DNA from: an uncultured Verrucomicrobiae bacterium
Lineage (GTDB): Bacteria > Chlamydiota > Chlamydiia > Chlamydiales > Rhabdochlamydiaceae
DNA: 64,000 nt
Direction: 5' to 3'
NCBI GenBank assembly: GCA_963718565.1
Contig: OY970364.1
Span: 2,220,059-2,284,058, forward strand
Within the stretch, counting starts at the first letter, position 1. Every line of letters begins with the position of its first letter. A program made the translations under genes and the position numbers. Under the pieces are notes generated by a model, which saw only the letters and a list, made by a program, of their open reading frames with translations, had not been told where the DNA came from and did not search any database. This document shows positions 32,886 through 40,344 of the stretch, in pieces.

Positions 32886-33030
32886 TAAAAAAGTGTCAGA
32901 TTCGAAAAATTTTTCCTCAAAAGCAGAGTAAAAAGCCGAAGCGTCTCTGACGCGAGAAGCCGTTTTTATAGTAAGAAATTGACCTAAGTGAAGAAGATTT
33001 CAGATTTTACAGAAAAATTGTTGCTTGATC

Positions 33031-33461
33031 CATAAGCCTAATGCAGAAGTAGTTAAACTCTTACTGGGCAATGGCGCTGATCCTAATCTTTCCTCAAACA
33101 ATGGATTGCTTCCTTTACATTTTGCTGCTCAAGCAGGTTCTGCAGACATTGTAGAATTGCTCCTAAAAAAAATGCTGAAGTTGATAAACTGGCTTTGGCT
33201 TGTGGATATAAACTTAAATGTTATAAGCCTAATAAAGAAGTAGTTAGACTCTTACTGGACAATGGCGCTGATCCTAATATCCTTATAGAAAAGGGCCTTA
33301 CACCTCTAAAAATTGCATCGAATAGCTTTGAAATTGTAAGTGAAGACATTAAAAAGAATGACCTTACGCCTCCAGCAATTTTTTTACAGAAGAATGATGA
33401 GCTTCTTGAGCTCTCCGAAATCATTTCATTAATTGGAGAGCATATTACTAAGCATTATTAG
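33031..33461 (+). pseudogene. Ankyrin-repeat paralog 3, 5'-truncated and frameshifted
   Basis: Near-identical to the paralog 1 C-terminal part; begins at the IS256 end; split over two frames (33025 and 33195 ORFs). Confidence 0.88.
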
Positions 33462-33560
33462 AGACTTCTGTAACCTCGGCAGGGGGGGGGGGGGGGCTCA
33501 AAAAGTCCACCAAGAGATTGAAGTATAGCTCTAGCTGTTTTTTGGAAGAACCTAAGAACC

Positions 33561-33733
33561 CAGGCACAGGAAATCAGAACAATTTTTTTAATCCATAGAG
33601 AGGACTGAGTTCTTAACAGCCGCATAACACAGCACGAAAGAATAAATCTTTTTGTTTTTGTCGTGTTTTGCGTCATCAGTAGATCCAATCCTCTCTATGG
33701 ATTAAAAAAATTGTTCTGATTTCCTGTGCCCTG
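33561..33733. mobile_element. MITE family C
   Basis: ~42-bp TIR GGCACAGGAAATCAGAACAATTTTTTTAATCCATAGAGAGGA with CAG/CTG termini; 10-bp direct repeat CCTAAGAACC (33551-33560, 33734-33743). Confidence 0.88.
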
Positions 33734-33806
33734 CCTAAGAACCTCCGGGCCATTGCGCATTATCGAGCAATTCGCTACACTTGTATCTCTCTTTTTTTCA
33801 TTTTTT

Positions 33807-33889
33807 GCCGATGTGGTGAAATGGTAGAAGCGGTAGCCTCAAAATCTACTTCTAGCAACAGAATGCTGGTTCAAGTCCAGTCATCGGCA
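33807..33889 (+). pseudogene. Degenerate duplicate of tRNA-Leu(CAA)
   Basis: Matches 40234-40316 with five substitutions, including an anticodon-stem mismatch (GTAGC vs GTAGA) and D-arm changes. Confidence 0.8.
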
Positions 33890-33960
33890 AAATGTCTATT
33901 ACATCATTTCAACTGATATGACTCTGGCTCAACAGTCATCAGGTTTTTCATTACTTCCTT

Positions 33961-34290
33961 TGATTTCTCGCTTGGGTACGCCCACAGACGTCGACTATTA
34001 TACCGCGTGCAGGAAGGTTTTGTGAATTTGGATTAGAGCGAGGCAAAGCACAATCAAAGCTTGCGGTCCGAATGACGAAGCCATAGTGGAAACTATGGCT
34101 GCGGAGACACGAGAAGGGCTAGTAGGCCTTCGCAGTGCAGAGCAGGTGAGCGAAGCGAACGGGGGGAGGATCGATTTGGCAAAGTCGCAGTCAGTCCAAA
34201 TTCACAAAACCTGACGGGGCGTGGTATATCTCCATGGGGGGATTTTGCCCTATGTCTTAAGGCAGATATTGCCGGCTTCAAAAAAGTGAT
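33961..34290 (+). repeat. acnA 3'-end copy 3, interrupted by MITE A
   Basis: TGATTTCTCGCTTGGGTACGCCCACAGACGTCGACTATTA [MITE] TCTCCATGGGGGGATTTTGCCCTATGTCTTAAGGCAG... Confidence 0.92.
34001..34226. mobile_element. MITE family A, copy 2
   Basis: Homologous to 14027-14249; TA duplication. Confidence 0.9.
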
Positions 34291-34536
34291 TGTTCAGACT
34301 GCTTTGGCTGCAATTTGGCTTTATCTCACAGAGCCTAAAGTTCATTCAACCTGGCCGATCGCTGCATAGCGGTTTTTCTTTAACATCTTTATTATCAATA
34401 ACTTGTAGTAAAAATAAATTTATTTTACTCAATCTTTAGAGATTAGTTTAATGTTTATTTGACTCTTACTACTTATTATTTTATAATTGCTTATACAAGA
34501 CAGGGTTTAAAAATATTAAAACTGAGGTTTAAAAGT

Positions 34537-35673
34537 ATGGGTACATCTCTTAATTTTGTTACTGTTGAAGATAAGTATTTTTATATAGTTGAAACTAATT
34601 TTAAGCCAAAAAGTGATGATTTAGTATTAAAAAGATTAAAAAACATTAAATTAATAGTTTAAAATGATTTGCCCCACAATTCCACTCATCAAACATATTA
34701 CGATGACAGGTATCAAAATAATTGTTTAGGAAAATATTCAGGGAAATCAAAAGATCAATTGTTTGAGATTTTAAAAGAAAAGTCGTGGGAAATTTATAAT
34801 GGGTATCAGGGCAAACTGTCAAAACTAAGTGTTTTTTCTCGAATAATAAACCTTTTGTTCGGCAAAGAAAAAGAAGTAAATGAAGTTTATACAAGTATTG
34901 TGAATCAGTATTTATGTAACGAAGTCATAGAATTAGTTAACCAAGAAGTAATTCCAAAAAAACATCTTTTTTATAAAGAAGACAATAAAAAACTTGATTG
35001 TGAAAAAACTTTACAGAGTTTGCACAACCTATCGACAGAAGAGTTGTTTACAATTCTTTCGAATGAAAAAGTATATTCATCAAACTTCCAAGAAGTTAGA
35101 AAAATGTTTGGCCTAATGTTTAGCCTAAAGAGAAATAAGGAAGTAACAAAAGATGTTGACAATACTATAAAACAGAAAGGAAATGAAGCCTTAATTTTGT
35201 CTGTTAAAAATGGTGATAAGGGTATTTCAGAGCTTCTACTGCAACATGGCGCTGATCCTAATTTTCTTGCAAGCAATGGAAGTGCCCCTTTACATTTTGC
35301 TGCTCAAGCAGGTCTTGCAGGCATTGTAAAATTGCTCCTAAAAAATGGTGCTGAGGTTAACAAACAATCTGCTTCCCGCTCCAAAGCCACCCCCTTAGAT
35401 TTTGCTTGTGGCCATGGAAGTTGGAAATATTATATGCCCAATGCAAAAGTAGTTAAATTCTTACTGAAAGGTGGCGCTAATCCTAATACCTCTAGAAAGA
35501 ATGCCATTACACCTCTAGACATTGCAAATAGTAGCTTGGGAATTGTAAACAAGAACCTTGAAGAGAAGGGCCCTATGGGTCAAAAAATTTTACATAAGAT
35601 TCATCTCAAAGAAATTATTTTACTTCTTAAAAAGAGTATGCCACAACCGAGAACGAGTTTTTTTCCCCTATAA
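34537..35673 (+). pseudogene. Ankyrin-repeat paralog 4 with one in-frame nonsense codon
   Basis: ATG 34537 MGTSLNFVTVEDKYFYIVE...KNIKLIV-TAA(34660)-NDLPHN continues in frame into the 34669-35673 ankyrin ORF; paralogs 1 and 5 have Lys here. Confidence 0.82.
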
Positions 35674-35814
35674 GAAGCGTACTTTACCATTGCCAGAGGG
35701 TTCTGTGCTCCTGACTATATAGAGTAAAGCACAGCTCTAGCTGTTTTTGGAATTTATAAGACCCCCCCCCCCCCCCAGGGTATAGGAAATTAAGAAGAAT
35801 TTTTTAAACTTAGT

Positions 35815-36478
35815 AAAGGTTTTTAAAGTGCTTCTTTTTCACATGTCGGGGACAAAGCACTGCGTGTCCTTTATCCCCTGCTGGCCCCCTTGGGACTCAT
35901 CTCGCTTTGCCAAATCGCGTGCTCGTCGGGGGGCCGTGCAAAGCACTGATCCCCCCATGCGCTGACCGCGCTCTCCTGCGCTGCGATTTTGCTTTGCGAT
36001 CTGAGTCCATCGGCTGCTCATGCGCTCACTTCCCGCCCTGGCTTCGCCTTTTCGGGCGGGTCCCTTTTCGCGTCGACTCGCAGAGCCATTCTGAATGCAA
36101 AACAACCCCGGTCTCCTCTTATCAACAGAATGGATGCTTTTTTTGACTCTTTTAAAGAGTGGGCATATCAACAATAAGTATAAAAAGCCTGATGTTTGAT
36201 TTAAGAATGGCTCTGCGAGTCGACGCGAAAAGGGACCCGCCCGAAAAGGCGGAGCTGGGGCGGAAGTGAGCGCATGAGCAGCCGATGGACTCAGATCACA
36301 AAGCAAAATCGCAGCGCAGGAGAGCGCGGTCAGCGCGTGGGGGGATCAGTGCTTTGCACGGCCCCTCGACGAGCACGCGATTTGGCAAAGCGAGCTGAGT
36401 CTCAAGGGGCCAGCAGGGGACATTGGACACGAAGTGCTGTGTCCCCGGCATGTGAAAAAGAAGCACTTTAAAAACTTT
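35815..36478. repeat. Large foldback element: ~275-bp GC-rich inverted arms around a 111-bp AT-rich spacer
   Basis: 35815-36092 is the imperfect reverse complement of 36204-36478; possible TAGT direct repeat on both sides. Confidence 0.9.
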
Positions 36479-36489
36479 TAGTGAATTTA

Positions 36490-38433
36490 CTCACCTTACG
36501 CAAAATGGGCTCCAACCATATCGCAACCAGTTCTGAACCGCAGCCGTTCAAGTTCTAAAAATGCCATTCGATTTGCCTTCATCAGTAATTGATATTTCAG
36601 AGCAAAATGATTCAAAAAAGTTTGAGTTCGGAGAAATTCTAACTTGCAATAAGCGATGATTGATGCAAAAATATGGTTCTTTTGAGAGCGCAGAATCTTA
36701 GTCGGCGATTTCTCAAGGCTAGCGTTCTGCTTGATCGATTTGTGATATTCTTCTATGCGCCACCGTTTTTGGTAGATTTCGTAGATTCGGTCAGCATTAC
36801 TTTCTAAGTCATTTGTAACAAGGTATAGAGTGCCTGTAGAGCCGTCTTCGTTTTTGAAGATCTTTGTAATGAGTGCTACAGAAAAAGACATGTCTTTTAG
36901 CCAGACTATTCTTTTTTCTCCATCCTTGAGTGGTAATGCATTTAGATTTTGGTACTGACCATTTTTTCTGTCCTCTTCAGAAAGAGCGACCAATCGATTA
37001 GCTTTGATCCCAATTACAAACTTCTTTTTCATATCATAATGAATAAACTCCATATTTTTTTTCGCTCCGAACCAATTATCAGACAATATATATACTCTAG
37101 AAAATTGAAGTCTGGAGAGGATTGAGTTCAATTGTTTGGAAATTGTCGTTAATTCGCTTTTTCAGCATGTCTTTTAAATTAATAACGCCAGTGTTGAAAA
37201 AATCTCTAATTTTCTCAGTAAATTCATTGAATTTTGAATACAGTGTATTATAAGTAACACACTCTCTCATAACTTTCCATAAACGCTCAATAGCATTCAA
37301 ATTTGGGGAATACGGAGGTAAGTAGTGTATTTGAATTTTGGTTTGGCTATCCAAATATTTTTGCACTTCCTTATTCTTGTTTGATCTGCCGTTGTCTAAG
37401 ATTAAGTGGATTTTTTTTGCATCTGTATTAGCCGCTAACGTTTGGAGAAAATCGACCGCACTTGCAGCATCCACAGTGCTATATTCCTTCGTCACGACTT
37501 GCATTGCAGTCAATTCAATGGCACCAATAAAATGCAATCGCTCTTGCTTAGCGGTTGTTCCTAATGTCTTTATTTCGTTTTTTAGGATCCACCCAGCCAC
37601 AGACTGGCTCTGATACTCAGGGTGTACAGCATCTCCAAAGAAAATTTTCTCGCCTTCTTGGAGACCGGCTTTCAATTCATTGTATTTTTTAAGGAACGCA
37701 GCTTGTTTTTCGGGATCGAGCTTTCCTGGTACTTTGATTGGATGTTTATAAACAAATCCATGCCTCTTCAACCAATTTGTCATACCAGCCACAGTGTATT
37801 TCACTTGATATGCGTCTAGAACGTAGAGACAAATTTTGCTCATTTTGAGATACGTTATTTGACTCAAATGTCTCCTCAGCGCATCTTCTTGGTCTAGGGT
37901 TAACTTGGAGGCCTTTCCCAAATGTGGATCATTGATAGTTTTTTGCTTGGCATCGTATTCTCTTTGATAATCATAAACGGACGACTCGCTAATTCTTAAA
38001 ATCGCCGCTATTTCCCCTGGACTGTGGCAATCATCCCTACCTAAAATGACGCATACACGGTTCCGTTCGTTGACATCTCTTGTTTTTTTTACAAGCTGTT
38101 CTAAATATAAACGCTGCTCATTGGACAACTTTTGCATAGAAGCATTATCCACTATCGCTGAAATATTTTTTAGGGAAATTTAAAATTTTACAGAATCCAA
38201 TCATGAATAGTATAGTCAAATTTAACCTTATTGGTTACAGCTTGGGCAATCATAGATCGAAACATTTGATTTTTACTGACTGAAGACTGTCTTTTTACTT
38301 TTTTGCTGGCGACATCACAAAAAAGCACGTCTTTATAAATAGGCTCATAAGCAATGGGTAAGGCAATATCTCCGTAGCGAGCAAGACATGATAAAAGGTT
38401 GACCCCCTTCACACATCTTCCCTTGGCATGCGA
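36490..38433 (-). mobile_element. IS701-like (IS4 superfamily) transposase pseudogene, 5'-truncated and interrupted by IS630
   Basis: Rejoined frame ...GVNLLSCL...KVKFDY/ILSDNWF...LYLVTND...YQKRWRIEEYHKSIKQNASLEKSP; end CTCACCTTACGCA at 36490. Confidence 0.75.
37093..38212 (-). mobile_element. IS630-family element, copy 1 (transposase 37097-38152)
   Basis: DDE motifs FGDAVHP, ILDNG, LPPYSPNLNAIERLW; TA duplication restores the host frame. Confidence 0.93.
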
Positions 38434-38436
38434 GTT

Positions 38437-38464
38437 TGGATACGCCCACAGACGTCGACTATTA
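38437..38464 (+). repeat. acnA 3'-end copy 4 (short remnant)
   Basis: GATACGCCCACAGACGTCGACTATTA followed by MITE A. Confidence 0.85.
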
Positions 38465-38689
38465 TACCGCGCGCAGGAAGGTTTTGTGAATTTGGACTAG
38501 AGCGAGGCAGAGCACAATCGAAGCTTACGGTCCGAATGACGAAGCCATAGTGAAAACTATGGCTGCGGAGACACGAGAAGGGCTAGTAGGCCTTCGCAGT
38601 GCAGAGCAGGTGAGCGAAGCGAACGGGGGAGGATCGATTTGGCAAAGTCGCAGTCAGTCCAAATTCACAAAACCTGACGGGGCACGGTA
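38465..38689. mobile_element. MITE family A, copy 3
   Basis: Homologous to 34001-34226 with the same left flank; ~95 bp of the right flank deleted. Confidence 0.9.
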
Positions 38690-38893
38690 TACCTCACAGA
38701 GCCTAAAACTCATCCAACCTGGCCGGTCGCTGCATAGCGGTTTTTTCTTTAACATCTTTATTATTAACAGCTTAAAGTGAAAATAAACTTATTTTTTACT
38801 TAATATTTAAAGATTTTAGTTTAATATTTACATTCCTTATTATTATTCAATGTTTTATAATTACTTATATATCTAAAATTGAGTTTAAAAATT

Positions 38894-40147
38894 ATGGCAT
38901 TTTTTAATGTTATTATTAGTGAAGACAAAAAATCGTTCTACATAGGTGAAATTCTTTTTAAGAAGCCAAAAGCTCACGATTTAGCATTAGAAACATTAAA
39001 AAACATTGAATTAATAGTAAAAAATAAATTAAACTACAATTCCAGTCTTAAAGATGATTATTCAAGAAAATCACCAGATGAATTGTTTAATTTTTTAAAA
39101 GAAAAGTCGTCGTATATTTATGATGGATATCAAGCAAAACTATTAAAAAAACTGTCAGAACCAAATTTTATTTTGCTTTCAATAAATCGTCTTTGCCTAG
39201 GAATTTTTGGTAAAGCAAAAGAAGTAAATGCAATTCATATAAGCATTCAAAGTACCATTGAAAATTATGTACAACCTTCTCAAGTACTTCCCCGCCTAAA
39301 TCGTGATGCGACTCAAGACGTGTTTGGACATTTAGACATTCGAGGCTTGGAAGCTGTAATTCGATTAAACCGTGATGCAGCAACCCAAGGAACAAAAGCC
39401 ATTGTTATGAGAGCAAAGGAACTTGGGTATGAAGGCAACCACAATTATGCTGATGCGGCAAAGTATATAGATGGTTTATGTAACGAAGTCGCTGAATTAG
39501 TTTACCAAGGAGTAATTCCAGAAAAACATGTGTTTCGTGGAGAACAAAACTGGCACAAACCTGATTTTGAAAGAACGTTAAAGAATTTGCAAAATTTGTC
39601 GACAGAAAACTTGTTTACAATTCTTTCGAATGAAAGATTATATTCATTAAACTCCCAAAAAGTTAGAAAAATGTTGAGCCTGAAGAAAAATGAGGAGGTA
39701 ATAAAAAATGTTAGTGACACTATAAAACAGAAAGGAAGTGCAGCTTTAGTTTTATCTGTTAAAAACGGTGATAAAGGTATTTCAAAGCTTCTACTGCAAT
39801 ATGGCGCTGATCCTAATATTCCTGCAGAGAAGAATGGAAGCGCTCCTTTACATTTTGCTGCTCAAGCAGGTCGTGCAGACATTGTAAAATTGCTTCTAGA
39901 CAATGGTGCTGAGGTTAACAAACTATCCGGTTCCAATAAGATCACTGCCTTAGCTTTTGCTTGTGGCTATGGAAATAAGGAATATTATAAGCCCAATGCA
40001 GAAGTAGTTAAACTCTTACTGGAACGTGGCGCTAATCTTAATATCCGTACAGGGGATGGCCTTACACCTCTAGACATTTCACGGCAGAACGATCTCAAAG
40101 AAATTTCATCTCTTTTAGAGAGTAGAACCTCTTCTTGTATTGTTTGA
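38894..40147 (+). CDS. Ankyrin-repeat protein, paralog 5, with a central F-box-like segment
   Basis: Family N-terminus, LPRLNRDATQDVFGHLDIRGLEAVIRLNR segment, C-terminal ankyrin repeats. Confidence 0.88.
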   Translation: MAFFNVIISEDKKSFYIGEILFKKPKAHDLALETLKNIELIVKNKLNYNSSLKDDYSRKSPDELFNFLKEKSSYIYDGYQAKLLKKLSEPNFILLSINRLCLGIFGKAKEVNAIHISIQSTIENYVQPSQVLPRLNRDATQDVFGHLDIRGLEAVIRLNRDAATQGTKAIVMRAKELGYEGNHNYADAAKYIDGLCNEVAELVYQGVIPEKHVFRGEQNWHKPDFERTLKNLQNLSTENLFTILSNERLYSLNSQKVRKMLSLKKNEEVIKNVSDTIKQKGSAALVLSVKNGDKGISKLLLQYGADPNIPAEKNGSAPLHFAAQAGRADIVKLLLDNGAEVNKLSGSNKITALAFACGYGNKEYYKPNAEVVKLLLERGANLNIRTGDGLTPLDISRQNDLKEISSLLESRTSSCIV

Positions 40148-40180
40148 GTTTATGAATGGGAAGATGGAAAGATGTTCTAA

Positions 40181-40209
40181 TTGCGCATTATCGAGCAATT
40201 CGCTACACT
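40181..40209 (+). promoter_or_regulatory. Sigma-66/70 promoter of tRNA-Leu
   Basis: TTGCGC-N17-TACACT; also duplicated upstream of the degenerate tRNA (~33753). Confidence 0.65.
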
Positions 40210-40233
40210 TGCATCTCTGTTTTTTCATTTTTT

Positions 40234-40316
40234 GCCGATGTGGTGGAATGGTAGACGCGGTAGACTCAAAATCTACTTCTAGCAATAGAGTGCTGGTTCA
40301 AGTCCAGTCATCGGCA
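40234..40316 (+). tRNA. tRNA-Leu (anticodon CAA)
   Basis: Acceptor GCCGATG/CATCGGC, anticodon stem GTAGA/TCTAC with loop CTCAAAA, long variable arm, GTTCAAGTC T-loop; no encoded CCA. Confidence 0.93.
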
Positions 40317-40344
40317 AAATATCTATCACATCATTTCAACTGAT

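Larger units (their letters stand above)
30162..33030 (+). mobile_element. IS256-family element, third copy, internally deleted and interrupted by IS66-like halves
   Basis: Left end at 30162, transposase 30277 to ~31195 truncated, right-end sequence resumes 32886-33030; flanks CTTATTCA and CATAAGCC do not match. Confidence 0.9.

Noticed and set aside
23948..35673. Diversity-generating retroelement acting on the ankyrin paralogs
   Set aside because: No reverse transcriptase in the window, and differences between repeats are not restricted to adenines.
23442..38700. Repeated acnA tails and palindromes as an integron cassette array or CRISPR
   Set aside because: No integrase or cas gene, no attC-type GTTRRRY structure, and no short regularly spaced repeats; the units are kb-scale duplications.
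33807..40316. tRNA-Leu pair as attL/attR of a prophage or integrative element
   Set aside because: The whole tRNA plus promoter and downstream flank is duplicated rather than just the 3' end, and no integrase or phage genes are present.
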